The notes beneath the pieces are model-generated. The model ran no database searches and was not told the DNA's origin. It saw only the letters and a list, made by a program, of their open reading frames with translations. Below are positions 9,440 through 20,425 of a stretch of DNA of 64,000 bases, one piece after another; the first letter of the stretch is position 1, and every line of letters begins with the position of its first letter. This DNA is from Dehalococcoidia bacterium. GTDB taxonomy: Bacteria > Chloroflexota > Dehalococcoidia > Lucifugimonadales > Australimonadaceae. The stretch spans positions 65,428-129,427 of the forward strand of contig CBDFLP010000020.1 of NCBI GenBank assembly GCA_965249325.1. Direction: 5' to 3'. The position numbers and the translations under genes are program-made.

Positions 9440-10735
9440 TCAGCGTAGCGCGACGAGCGCGGCGGGCTCCTTCGACGTGACGTAGAGGCCGGTTTCCGTG
9501 GCGACGATCTGTCCGCTGAGCCCTGCGCCGATGGGGAGGATTTGGTCCGCTTTTCCGGTGGCCCTGTCGACTACGTGGACCTCGCCGGCGTCAGTCCCGA
9601 TGTACACGTAATCCCCCGCCACTGCCGGCGCGGTGTGGACTCCCGCTCCCGTGTCGTACTCCCATAGCCGCTCTCCGTCAGAGACGGACAGCGCATAAAG
9701 ACTGCCTTCCTGGCCGACGGCGTATGCGACGCCGTCGAGGACGGCGGGGGCGCTCAGGAAGTGGTCACGAGCAAGCCATCGAGTCCATACGAAGCCCTTT
9801 GGGAACGGCGGGTCGGCCTGCATTCTCCAGATGTAGAACTGGTTGCGCCAGTAGCGGAATCCGCGCTCGAACGGGTACTCGAGCTTGGTCCAGTCCACGG
9901 CCCAAAGCCTTCCTCGCCCGGTGCTGATGAGAAGGTGCTCGCCCGTGAACACGGGGCTCTCCACGAGGACGTGGCCTGCGTCGAAGATGAGCCGTTTCCG
10001 TCCGGTGGCGATGTCGATTAGGTAGACGAGCCTGTCGTCGATGGGAAGCGCCATGAGGTCGCCCTGGAACGCGGGGGGCGCGATGATGTTCCCGTCGGCT
10101 TGGAACGTCCACAGCTGCGCGCCGTCCTCGGCGTCCACTGCGTAGAGCGTGCCGTTCCATGAACCGGCATACACCACGCCCCGATATACAACCGGCGACG
10201 CAAAGAAAGCGCTGTCCGCTTGGAAGCGCCACCGCTCCTCCCCGTTGTGCCGGTCTAGGGCGACGATCTCGCCGCTGCGCACCGTCACGTACACGGCGTT
10301 GGACGTTACGGCGGGCGCGGCGCTCGTAAGAAGGGAGAGGTCTCGTTCCCAGATGATTTGCCCAGTGGCTGCATCGAATGCGATGAACCGCTTATCGCCC
10401 GTCCCCAGGAACACCTGACCGCCAGAGACGGCGGGGGCGGCGCGGAGCGGTTCCCCCATCTCAAACCGCCAGACCTCGCGTCCCTCGAAACCGCTGTGGA
10501 CGGGGACAGCTGAGGTATGGGCGGCGTCGCGGCCCGCCAGCGCCCAGCTATCGGCGGCCGCGCTCACCTGTGTGGCCGGAAGAGGGACGGGTCCCGTCAA
10601 AATAACGCCGGACGCCCACAGGCCCCAGACCGCAAGGCCAACGCTCGCGATACCGGCGATGACCAGACGCCTCCTCCGTTTCGGTCGCGCCGGGACGCTG
10701 CGCCGCTGGAGGATGCGTGATTGGGCAGGATTCAT
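9440..10735 (-). CDS. Membrane-anchored PQQ-like (BamB-type) beta-propeller repeat protein
   Basis: N-terminal basic stretch plus a TM helix (RRRRLVIAGIASVGLAVWGLW). Repeated G.VY.G..DG.LYALD-type propeller blades follow. Confidence 0.7.
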   Translation of the reverse strand: MNPAQSRILQRRSVPARPKRRRRLVIAGIASVGLAVWGLWASGVILTGPVPLPATQVSAAADSWALAGRDAAHTSAVPVHSGFEGREVWRFEMGEPLRAAPAVSGGQVFLGTGDKRFIAFDAATGQIIWERDLSLLTSAAPAVTSNAVYVTVRSGEIVALDRHNGEERWRFQADSAFFASPVVYRGVVYAGSWNGTLYAVDAEDGAQLWTFQADGNIIAPPAFQGDLMALPIDDRLVYLIDIATGRKRLIFDAGHVLVESPVFTGEHLLISTGRGRLWAVDWTKLEYPFERGFRYWRNQFYIWRMQADPPFPKGFVWTRWLARDHFLSAPAVLDGVAYAVGQEGSLYALSVSDGERLWEYDTGAGVHTAPAVAGDYVYIGTDAGEVHVVDRATGKADQILPIGAGLSGQIVATETGLYVTSKEPAALVALR

Positions 10736-10843
10736 CGTGCTCCATCGCAAGAGACTCGGACGAAGCGGGACGCAGACGCCTAACTGCGCATTGGCGCTCG
10801 CCCGCGTCAGCAACGTCCCTAGTGTACTCCCAGCAGGCGCGAG

Positions 10844-11926
10844 TCACGCCGCTCGCAGACCCTCAACCCCCGGCACTCTCGACTCTCGCAGTTGTTCGAT
10901 GAGCCAGTCGTAAGTCGCAGCGTTCAGCTCGTATCGAACGTCCTGCCGCGCTTCTTCCTCCGCCAGCCATTGGTGGAAAGCCGCTTGCCGCATTGGTTCG
11001 AGGTGATGGGCTTCGAGCGGCCGAGCGTCGTCCGTCTCGACAACCGCATACAGCGACACGCCGCCGCTCGCGTTGGGGACGGGCTTGGAGAGTTCGCCTT
11101 CGCTGAGTTGTGCAATGGCACCGGCGACGACGGAGTCGAGGAGGGCGATGGGCGTCCACCCGGTTCCGGCCGAGCCGAGCCCGTCAGCGCCGGCGGACAT
11201 GACAATGTCGACGAAGCGCTCTCCGTCGGCCACCCGTTGGCCGATTTCATTCGCTTGCTCCCGGCTTGCGACTGATAGTCTGGCCAGCAGCACTTGCAGC
11301 GCCGTCTCTCCGATCTCTGCGGCGAGCTGATCGCGGATAACTTCCGCGTATAGCTCGTTCTCGATGATGCGGCGGTGAAGCTCCTCCAGGATATCCCGGG
11401 TGAGGAGGTACTGACGGTAGAGTTCATCGAACTCCCGTTGTAGGCGGTCGTCTGACGTAGTGAATGCGACGTCGCCCATCACCCGCCGCCAGACTTTCCG
11501 CTCCACTGCGTCTGAGTCCAAGACCAGTCCGTGGTCCTTTGCCGACTGCCGCACGAGCTCTTCGTCCAGTGTCTCGCGCACGGCAATGAGCGGGTTGACC
11601 ACGGGAGACCCCCTTCCTTCGGCAGCTTCGTACAGCTTGATGCGCAGGCGTTCGAGTATGTCGCCGCGCGTGTACGCGACATCGTTGACCTGTACGATTG
11701 CTGCCGAGGCTGGCCGAACGAACACCGCATAGTACCCGGCCAACGGCGCGCCGATGAGGAGCGCAACGGCAATGACGCCAACCGCCAACCGCGCCCGACG
11801 CCGGCTGGGCGTCAGAGTCGGGCGCGCATAGACACGGTTGCTCTTACGTGGAGGGATGGCAGGTCCGTTCGCGTGGCTATTCATCTGATTGCTGGGGATT
11901 GCCCCACGGGCCGGGCGTCGCGACAT
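10844..11926 (-). CDS. Membrane-anchored SurA-N / PpiC(parvulin)-like chaperone candidate; start uncertain (11926 or 11884)
   Basis: One TM helix (LAVGVIAVALLIGAPLAGYYAVF), then a helical region and a parvulin-like segment (LARLSVASREQANEIGQRV..GERF..GW). Assignment rests on weak similarity only. Confidence 0.4.
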   Translation of the reverse strand: MSRRPARGAIPSNQMNSHANGPAIPPRKSNRVYARPTLTPSRRRARLAVGVIAVALLIGAPLAGYYAVFVRPASAAIVQVNDVAYTRGDILERLRIKLYEAAEGRGSPVVNPLIAVRETLDEELVRQSAKDHGLVLDSDAVERKVWRRVMGDVAFTTSDDRLQREFDELYRQYLLTRDILEELHRRIIENELYAEVIRDQLAAEIGETALQVLLARLSVASREQANEIGQRVADGERFVDIVMSAGADGLGSAGTGWTPIALLDSVVAGAIAQLSEGELSKPVPNASGGVSLYAVVETDDARPLEAHHLEPMRQAAFHQWLAEEEARQDVRYELNAATYDWLIEQLRESRVPGVEGLRAA

Positions 11927-12069
11927 AGACGCCGACGCGGATAATACCTCCCTTGGCTATACTAGGTCGCACGCCGCTCGCCGTGCGCGAGACGGGCAGG
12001 CCGATTCGAGGGGGTCGTAAAGCGGCGGTGTTCGAGGCGCGGGGCGGAGATGAAGCGGCCGGTGGCGCA

Positions 12070-12612
12070 GTGAGACGGTCGGTTGCCCCGGCTGGGCTCG
12101 CCGTATTGGCGTGTTGCCTCGCAGTAGCCTGCGGGAGCGATGGCGCGCCTTCGGTGGGAGTCGGCCGCTTCCTCAAGGTGGAAGTGCTGGCCATCGAGTC
12201 GCTGGAGGCGGCGGGACACGTGGAGGATGGCATCTCCTATGAGGTGCGTCCCGCAGACCCGGAGGCGGTCTTGATGGGAGTGCGCCTCAAGCTCGTCAAC
12301 CCGAATGCGCTCTATATGTCGCTCTCGGTCGATGAGCAGGCAGCGTTCCTCGAAGATGAGTCCGGCGCCCGCTTCACTCCACTGGACCCGTGGGAGCGGA
12401 GGCGCGTCGCCGAGGAGCCCCTTCCGGACGAAGCGACGCTCATGCCGCTTCTCTGGGGGCCCCTCGATATGCCAAAGACATACGAGGTGGAGGGCTGGAT
12501 GCTTTTCGAGACTCCGGCCGGGCAGGCGGCGGAGTCGCTGACTTGGCGGCAGGCGGACTTCGTCAAGCTTTTGCTGTCCCGCCTGGAAAGTGCAGGTCGC
12601 CTTGCAGCGTGA
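12070..12612 (+). CDS. Predicted lipoprotein, DUF4352-like
   Basis: A GTG at 12070 gives signal peptide VRRSVAPAGLAVLACCLAVAC with lipobox AVAC. The C-terminal GWMLFETP resembles DUF4352. The ORF also opens further upstream at 11953. Confidence 0.45.
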   Translation: MRRSVAPAGLAVLACCLAVACGSDGAPSVGVGRFLKVEVLAIESLEAAGHVEDGISYEVRPADPEAVLMGVRLKLVNPNALYMSLSVDEQAAFLEDESGARFTPLDPWERRRVAEEPLPDEATLMPLLWGPLDMPKTYEVEGWMLFETPAGQAAESLTWRQADFVKLLLSRLESAGRLAA

Positions 12613-13564
12613 GCGGCTCGTTGAAGTACGAGAGGTGACGAAGTACTACGGGGACTTCCTCGCGGTGGAGGACGTCTCATTCGACGCCTACCGTGGCGAA
12701 ATACTCGGGCTTCTCGGTGCCAACGGCTCCGGCAAGACCACGACGATGCGAATCATCACCGGCTCATTGCCGCCCACGTCCGGAGTGGCGAGGGTGTGCG
12801 GCTTCGACGTAGGAGCTCAGTCGCTCGAAGCGCGGGCGAGTGTGGGGTACATGCCGGAAAGCGTCCCCCTCTACGCCGATATGAGCGTGACTGATTTCCT
12901 GGGCTTCGCGGGGGAAATCCACGGACTGAGGGGCGGTCTCTTGAAGGAGCGTATCGAGGACGCCCTCGCGGCGACCCGCCTGCAAGTCTACCGGCGAACG
13001 CTCATTCGCAAGCTCTCCAAGGGCTATCGCCAGCGGGTGGGGCTTGCACAGGCTATCCTCCACCGTCCCTCCGTGGTCGTGCTCGACGAGCCGACAAATA
13101 GCATCGACCCGATTCAGGTGGTGGAGATTCGAGAGCTTATCCGCCGCTTGGGCGAGGAGTGCGCGGTCATCCTGAGCACGCATGTGCTTGCTGAAGCGAG
13201 CGCCCTCTGCGACAGGGTCGCGATTATGCACGAGGGGGTACTGCTCGCCGTGGCGTCGGTGGCGGAGCTGGGTGCGCTGGTGAATCTCGGCGAGCGGGTG
13301 GAGATAGAGGTGGAGGGCCCTGCCGCGGAAGTGCTTCGGGCGTTGGAAGAAGTCCCTGGCGTCGAAGACGTCGCCAAGCGGGGCGCCGCATACGTGGTGC
13401 GTACTTCGGGAGGCGCGCACATTCGCGAGCACATGGTGCGGATGCTGGTGGAGCATGGGTGGCCCGTCGCCTCTGTATCGGCGGCGTCCGTTGGGCTGGA
13501 GGAAGTGTTCACGCAGCTTACAGAGTCAAGCGATGCCCGTTCGAGCCAGGACAGCGGTGCATAG
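12590..13564 (+). CDS. ABC transporter ATP-binding protein (ABC-2 / GldA-like)
   Basis: Walker A GANGSGKTT, signature LSKGYRQR and Walker B VVVLDEP. Confidence 0.9.
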   Translation: MQVALQRERLVEVREVTKYYGDFLAVEDVSFDAYRGEILGLLGANGSGKTTTMRIITGSLPPTSGVARVCGFDVGAQSLEARASVGYMPESVPLYADMSVTDFLGFAGEIHGLRGGLLKERIEDALAATRLQVYRRTLIRKLSKGYRQRVGLAQAILHRPSVVVLDEPTNSIDPIQVVEIRELIRRLGEECAVILSTHVLAEASALCDRVAIMHEGVLLAVASVAELGALVNLGERVEIEVEGPAAEVLRALEEVPGVEDVAKRGAAYVVRTSGGAHIREHMVRMLVEHGWPVASVSAASVGLEEVFTQLTESSDARSSQDSGA

Positions 13565-14270
13565 CGCCTGGGCCATTACGAGGAGGGAGTTCCGGGGATA
13601 CCTGACGTCTCCCCCGTCCTACCTCGTAGTGGCGCTGTTCTTAGGGCTTACGGGGTACTACTTCGTTAGCAGCATCTCAATGCCGTTCGCTGAAGCATCT
13701 GCAGCTTCCTATCTCGTTCAGTCGGCGCGAGTGTTGGGCCTGTGGGCCCCGCTGCTCACTATGCGGTTGTTGGCCGAGGAAGAGAAGCTCGGGACAATCG
13801 AGTTGCTGCGCACCGCACCCGTTACGGACTGGTCAATCGTAGTTGGCAAGTTCCTTGCGAGCCTGAGCCTCGTCTCGGTCGCAGTCGGTTTTTCTGGTTA
13901 CTACGTCGCACTGCTCTTCTGGTTTGGCGCTCCCGACTTGGGGCCGGTGCTCACTGGATATCTCGGTCTGCTGCTGTATGCGGCTGCAACGGTCGCCATA
14001 GGACTTTTCGCTTCGTCGTTGACCTCCAACCAGTTCGTGGCGGCGGGCATCGCGCTAACCATCATGCTGTTTGTCACGATAGCTGATCAGGCGGCGGACC
14101 TTGTCAGCGGCGTCTCGGCGACCATCCTCAACGGCGTGTCGTTCGAGGAGCGCTATCTCGACTTCGCATTGGGCGTGATCGACGTCGGCGACGCGGTCTT
14201 TTTCGGAACGGTCGCCGTCTTCTTCGTTGCCCTGACAACGATAGTTCTGGGGAGCGTGCGTTGGCGCTAG
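13533..14270 (+). CDS. ABC-2 type permease (GldF-like)
   Basis: Six predicted TM segments. The N-terminus AITRREFRGYLTSP is typical of ABC-2 permeases. The start is ATG 13533 or GTG 13557, overlapping the ATPase stop. Confidence 0.8.
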   Translation: MPVRARTAVHSAWAITRREFRGYLTSPPSYLVVALFLGLTGYYFVSSISMPFAEASAASYLVQSARVLGLWAPLLTMRLLAEEEKLGTIELLRTAPVTDWSIVVGKFLASLSLVSVAVGFSGYYVALLFWFGAPDLGPVLTGYLGLLLYAAATVAIGLFASSLTSNQFVAAGIALTIMLFVTIADQAADLVSGVSATILNGVSFEERYLDFALGVIDVGDAVFFGTVAVFFVALTTIVLGSVRWR

Positions 14271-14289
14271 GCGCGGAGAGAGTAGGAGC

Positions 14290-15894
14290 GTGAGCAAGCG
14301 GTCGCAACGGGTTCTTGCCCTCGTCGAAGAGGTTGCCGTCCTTCTGGGCGCCCTCGGCGGAGTCGGCGTCCTGGGTGGAGGAGCGATTGGACTGTGGGTC
14401 CCTGAGCTTCGGCCCTTCGCTGCCGTTACCGCGCTCATTGGCGCCGTGCTGCTGGCTGTCGCCGCAGTCGGGTCAATCCCCAGACTTCGCCGGGCGTGGT
14501 CGCCGCGCCGGCGCTCGGCGTTCGCATCTGTCGCAATCTCTGTCGCTGTGCTGGCCGCAGTCGCGGTGCTCGTCAACATAACGGCGATGAACAGCAATGC
14601 CCGATGGGACACGACCGCCAGTAGGGAGTTCGGGCTTGCCCCTCAGACTCTGGACCTGCTTGATGCACTACCCGAGCCCGTGCGCGTCACGGGTCTGTTT
14701 GCGCTTAGCCAGAACGCGAGCGTCGTGTCTCAATTGGAGGCAGGCGCGCTCTTGGGCGAGTTCGAGCGGAAATCCGGCGGCAGAGTCGCCTTTGAATCGG
14801 TGGATGTTGAGCGAAGGCCCTCCGCGGCTCTCGCATTCGGCGTCGACCGGTTCCCTTCACTCGCGTTCCAGACTGAATCGTCGGAATCCGCGTTCGTTGT
14901 GCCGGCCGACGAGGTTACCGAGCAACTCTTGGTCACCTCGCTGCTCATCGCTACTGGTCAGCGGCAGAAGGTCGTCTACTACCTGACCGGACACCGCGAG
15001 CGAGACTACTTGGACATGAACGCCGGCTCCGACGGATTCGGCCTGGCCGCCAGAGGCATCGCGCTCGACGGTTACCGGTTCGAGCCGCTCAACATCGCTG
15101 AGTCGGGAGGGGTGCCCGCGGATGCCGCCGTCGTGGTCGTGGCGGCTCCAGAGGTTGAGCTTCTACCTCCGGAATCGACCATTCTAGAACGCTGGCTGAT
15201 TGCGGGAGGAAGGGCTCTCTTCCTGGTCGAGCCCGGCCTTCCTCCTACCTTTCGCACGCTGCTGCAGGGGTGGGGCATCGAGACAGGCGACGGCGTCGTG
15301 CTCGACCCGGGCCGCTCGGTGACGGGCGACCCAGCCACCCCGCTCTTGCGGCGCGGCGACTATGCCCGATTGGAGTGGGATCGAGGCCCCGAGGCCATCG
15401 TTGAGTCGCTCGACGTCACGTTCTTCCCGGACGCTACGTCCATCCGCCTCTCTGACCAGGCGCTGGAGGGGTTGGCGATCGGCGAGTGGCCATTCGCCTA
15501 TAGCTCCTTAGCAGAGAGCTCCGGCAGCAGTGTATTGCTGGAAGGAAACAACGTTACGGAAGCGAAGGCGGGCCCGCACACCCTCATCATGGCTGCGGAG
15601 GGTCCGGCACCCGGCGAGGGAGCAACCCGGCGCGCGGCAATCGTGGTGCTCGGCGACTCTGATCTCGTGACCAACCGTTTCTACCATGCCTACACGAATG
15701 CCGACGTGGTCTTGAACGCGGTGAGCTGGCTGGCGGAGGACTTCACGCTCGTGTCCATACGGTCGAATCCGGCGACCTTCCGCCAGCTCATCATGACCCG
15801 CCAAGAGTTCAACTTCGCGCGCTTCTCGGCGTGGTTTGCGCTTCCGGCAATAGTCGCAATCATAGGCATCATCGTTTGGTGGCGTCGACGGTGA
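14290..15894 (+). CDS. GldG-like ABC-transporter auxiliary protein
   Basis: N- and C-terminal TM anchors with a large extracytoplasmic domain. Its position after an ABC-2 ATPase/permease pair is classic for the ABC-type uncharacterized transport system. Confidence 0.7.
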   Translation: MSKRSQRVLALVEEVAVLLGALGGVGVLGGGAIGLWVPELRPFAAVTALIGAVLLAVAAVGSIPRLRRAWSPRRRSAFASVAISVAVLAAVAVLVNITAMNSNARWDTTASREFGLAPQTLDLLDALPEPVRVTGLFALSQNASVVSQLEAGALLGEFERKSGGRVAFESVDVERRPSAALAFGVDRFPSLAFQTESSESAFVVPADEVTEQLLVTSLLIATGQRQKVVYYLTGHRERDYLDMNAGSDGFGLAARGIALDGYRFEPLNIAESGGVPADAAVVVVAAPEVELLPPESTILERWLIAGGRALFLVEPGLPPTFRTLLQGWGIETGDGVVLDPGRSVTGDPATPLLRRGDYARLEWDRGPEAIVESLDVTFFPDATSIRLSDQALEGLAIGEWPFAYSSLAESSGSSVLLEGNNVTEAKAGPHTLIMAAEGPAPGEGATRRAAIVVLGDSDLVTNRFYHAYTNADVVLNAVSWLAEDFTLVSIRSNPATFRQLIMTRQEFNFARFSAWFALPAIVAIIGIIVWWRRR

Positions 15895-16439
15895 GCCGTC
15901 ACCCTACTGCGCGTATCGTCCAAGCGGTCATGGTCGTTGTCGTCGTCGCATGGGGCGCCTACGTCCTCTTGGACGATGACCCTGCGCCTGCCCCCCAGCC
16001 GGTGCTCGCGACGTGGACGTACATCGTCGACGAGAACGACATCGAGCAAGTGACGTTTCGCAGCGGCGAAGTACGCGCGGTGTATCGCAAGGTCGACGAC
16101 GGCTGGACGTTCGAGTCTTCCGGCGGGGCCGTAGCCATTGATGCGCAGCGCTGGAGCGTGGAGGTTCTCGTACTGCTCGGAGGGCCCGCGGCCAACCGCG
16201 TCCTTACGGCGCCCGACGCGGAGCTGCCCCTCTTGGGACTGGCTCCGCCGCGATTTGAGATTGAGATGGCGCTTCGAGGAGACCGCATCGTGAGGGTCCT
16301 CGTCGGCGCTGCTACTCCTGACGCCAGGAACCACTACGTGCGTGTCGATGGCCAAAGCGAGGTGGCTCTAGTTCCCGCCTCATGGGCCAATGGGCTGCTC
16401 CCTTACGCCGCAGGTCCGGTGGAGTCCGGAGGAGGCTAA
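15891..16439 (+). CDS. DUF4340-like membrane-anchored protein
   Basis: GTGA start/stop overlap with the GldG-like gene, and an N-terminal TM (IVQAVMVVVVVAWGAYVLL). This is the usual partner gene of GldG-like proteins. Confidence 0.55.
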   Translation: MSRHPTARIVQAVMVVVVVAWGAYVLLDDDPAPAPQPVLATWTYIVDENDIEQVTFRSGEVRAVYRKVDDGWTFESSGGAVAIDAQRWSVEVLVLLGGPAANRVLTAPDAELPLLGLAPPRFEIEMALRGDRIVRVLVGAATPDARNHYVRVDGQSEVALVPASWANGLLPYAAGPVESGGG

Positions 16440-17389
16440 CGCCGGCGACCTCGGAAGAGGCCGCCCAAGAAAAACTGACGGACCCCTGCCGCAACGGTCA
16501 CGGTCGGCGGCTCTTCCTCCGCCGGCTGCGGCGACTGCAATTTGTCCCTAGCGACGTGCGCTTGCACTAGCAAGTTGAGGAGTTCCTCATTCTCGGGGCT
16601 GCCGCTTTCCTGGACAGCTCCTTGTAGCTTGCTCAGACTCTGCGCCAGGCTTTCCAACCAACGGTTCACGAGCTCAGGATTGGCTGCAATCTCGTCGTGG
16701 GAGGTCGTCGGCGCCGCCAGGGCTGCCCCTGTGACCGCAAGGAGGGACGGACCTGCGGCTCTGGAGATCTCGCTCCACCCGTTGCTGTTGCGCAGCGTCT
16801 CCAGAACGGCGGTCGAGACTAGCGTCGGGAGCAGCTCCGCCGCCACGACATAGCTGTCGTGCTCGTCAAGGCTCAAGAAGTAGGGCGTTGTCCCAATCAG
16901 CGTCGCGAGATTGATGACGTCTCGAAGGGCCTCGGGGGGTGTCGTGTTGTCGGCAATGATGCAGTAAGCGCCCCCGGCGAATGAATGCGAAGCAGCCGGT
17001 CCTATCGAAATGCGCGCCGGGATGGGACGTCCGGCCACAAAGCTGGCCGTCGCCGGCAGGCATTGCGCCGCACGGCTGAGCACCGCTGCCTTGGTCCCAA
17101 TCGTATCGGTGACGACAGCTCCCTCCGCCAACACCGGCCCGATGTGTTCGAGCACTTCCAGGGTCTGGGCGGGCGGCGTGCAGATAATGACGAGGTGGGC
17201 GTCGGCGACGCAGGACAGGAGATTGTGCTCGACGCGGTCGATGGCGCCTGCATGGTGTGCGGCCCTTGCAGACTCAGGCTCCTTGTCGTGCCCGGCGACC
17301 TCGACGCCTTCGAGCGCCGACTGCCTGATGGCAAGTCCCATCGCTGTGCCTGTGGCGCCGAGGCCAATTACGGCGATGCGCCCTGTCAT
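16436..17389 (-). CDS. tyrA: Prephenate/arogenate dehydrogenase
   Basis: NAD fold IAVIGLGATGTAMG, the catalytic region TDTIGTKAAV, and an AGGAG RBS before the ATG at 17389. Confidence 0.8.
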   Translation of the reverse strand: MTGRIAVIGLGATGTAMGLAIRQSALEGVEVAGHDKEPESARAAHHAGAIDRVEHNLLSCVADAHLVIICTPPAQTLEVLEHIGPVLAEGAVVTDTIGTKAAVLSRAAQCLPATASFVAGRPIPARISIGPAASHSFAGGAYCIIADNTTPPEALRDVINLATLIGTTPYFLSLDEHDSYVVAAELLPTLVSTAVLETLRNSNGWSEISRAAGPSLLAVTGAALAAPTTSHDEIAANPELVNRWLESLAQSLSKLQGAVQESGSPENEELLNLLVQAHVARDKLQSPQPAEEEPPTVTVAAGVRQFFLGGLFRGRRR

Positions 17390-17403
17390 TGGGAGACCAT
17401 CTC

Positions 17404-18416
<1,013 letters not shown>

Positions 18417-18420
<4 letters not shown>

Positions 18421-19424
18421 GAATCGTTCCCTTCGCGCAGTACGGCCTGCACCTTGTCGGAGGCCCAGCAGGCGACGGTGTGCCTCCCGCCCCCGCTGCC
18501 CGTCAGCGGGGGGACTTCCTCGGCGCACCGGTCCACGCTGAAACGGCACCGGGGCCGAAACGCGCAGCCTTGGGGAAGTCTATCCAAGTCCGGCGGCATC
18601 CCCTCGATCGCCTCGAGATGCTCGGTCCGAGCGATATCAAGGCGTGGCACTGAGTTCAGCAGCCCGAGCGTGTACGGATGGGAAGGATTGCGGTAGACAT
18701 CCCGTGCGCTGCCGTGCTCGATGACCCTGCCCGCGTACATGACGTTGACTTGGTCGGCGTAGCGGGCCACGACTCCCAGGTTGTGCGTGATAAGGACGAC
18801 TGCAGTCCCAAGCTCGCCGCAGAGGCTTTTGATCAGCTCGAGGATCTGCGCCTGGATCGTAACGTCCAAGGCGGTGGTCGGCTCGTCGGCAATCAGTAGC
18901 TTGGGATTGCAGCTGAGCGCCATTGCAATCATCACGCGCTGGCGCATCCCGCCGCTGAACTGGTGCGGATAGCTGCCGAACCGGCGGGCGCCCTCGGGTA
19001 TCCCGACCATCTCCAGCAGCTCGATAGCCCGGTCTCGGGACGCCTGCTCGTCCATGGCCAGATGCATCTGTAAGGCTTCGGTCAGCTGCCTCCCAATCGT
19101 GAGCACGGGGTTCAGGGAGGTCATCGGCTCCTGGAAGATCATGGCGATGTCTTTACCGCGGATGCGCTGCATCTCCTCTTCGGTCTTCGTTCGGAGGTCT
19201 TGACCTTGAAACAGCACCCGCCCATCGACTATGCGCCCCGGCGGCTGAGGAATGAGCCCCATGACCGAGAGCGCGCTGACGCTCTTGCCACACCCGCTCT
19301 CGCCGACCAGCGCGAGCGTCTCCCCCTCATCGAGATCGTAACTAACATCCTCCACCGCTTTCACGACTCCCTCCTCTTGGAAGAAGTAGGTGGAGAGGTT
19401 GCGGACTTCGAGCAGTTTCGCCAT
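18417..19424 (-). CDS. Peptide/nickel ABC transporter ATP-binding protein (OppD/DppD-like)
   Basis: Walker A GESGCGKS, signature FSGGMRQR, and GGAGG before the ATG at 19424. The longer ORF-track extension is GC-rich read-through. Confidence 0.9.
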
Positions 19425-19471
19425 GGGTCCTCCGGCTGAGATGAGCAGTGGGGGGGCTCGGCGCTGTCGCC

Positions 19472-20425
19472 CTAGCGGCGCCGGAGCCTCGGGTCGAGCA
19501 TGTCCCGTACCGAGTCGCTGAATAGGTTGAACCCCATGACCGCGGCGGTGATGGCGAGCCCCGGCGCAAGAGCCAGCGTGAAGGTCGCGTCGAAGTAGTT
19601 CTCGGCCGCGACCGACAACATGCTTCCCCAGGAAGCGGTCTCGGCACCCACGCCCGCGCCCAGGAAGCTTAGGGAGGACTCTGCGATGATTGCCAACCCG
19701 ACGAAGATGCTCACGAGGACCAGGTATGGGGCCAGGGAGTTGGGCAACACATGCCGGAACATGACTCGAGGCGTCGAGGCTCCGAGCGCTCGCGCGGCCT
19801 CGGTATAAGTGCGCTCGCGCTCGCGCAGGACGACGGAGCGCGTGACGCGTGTCGCGGTGTCTACGTAGCCCACGGCTAACGCCACGACGACGTTCCCCGC
19901 TCCCTGGCCCAGGATCGCGACGAGTGTGAGCGCCAGGATAATGCCGGGAAACGCCTGCATGGTGTCGATGACGCGCTGCATGAGTAGGTCGAACCACCCG
20001 CCCAGGTATCCGCTCGTGAGCCCTAGGAGCAGCCCGCTGGTCATCCCCACCAGCACCGCGGCTATGCCGACCATCAGCGAGACTCTGGCCCCGTGCATGA
20101 GCCGGCTGAAGATGTCTCTGCCAATGGTGTCGGTGCCCAGGTAATAGTCCGCGCTGGGCGCCTCGTTGCTATAGCCCACCAGGTCGTTGGGGTGATAGGG
20201 CGACACGACGTTCGCAAAGATGGCCATGGACGCGAGAATGAAGATGACCACCAAGCCGGCCGCGCCTGGCGGGTTCTTGCGGGCCCATCTGCCTATTCGC
20301 CGGATGCGCGGAGGATGCGCGCGGGCTGCCCCTTCTTCCAACTGGGCGCTTACGCCGGACTGCGCGCGACTCGATTCCAAAGGGTCTCCTCCGTCCCGCT
20401 CACGAATACCTGATACGGGGGTCAA
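19472..20425 (-). CDS. Peptide ABC transporter permease (OppC/DppC-like); start uncertain
   Basis: BPD-transporter EAA-like loop YTEAARALGAS and multiple TM helices. Confidence 0.85.
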   Translation of the reverse strand: MTPVSGIRERDGGDPLESSRAQSGVSAQLEEGAARAHPPRIRRIGRWARKNPPGAAGLVVIFILASMAIFANVVSPYHPNDLVGYSNEAPSADYYLGTDTIGRDIFSRLMHGARVSLMVGIAAVLVGMTSGLLLGLTSGYLGGWFDLLMQRVIDTMQAFPGIILALTLVAILGQGAGNVVVALAVGYVDTATRVTRSVVLRERERTYTEAARALGASTPRVMFRHVLPNSLAPYLVLVSIFVGLAIIAESSLSFLGAGVGAETASWGSMLSVAAENYFDATFTLALAPGLAITAAVMGFNLFSDSVRDMLDPRLRRR

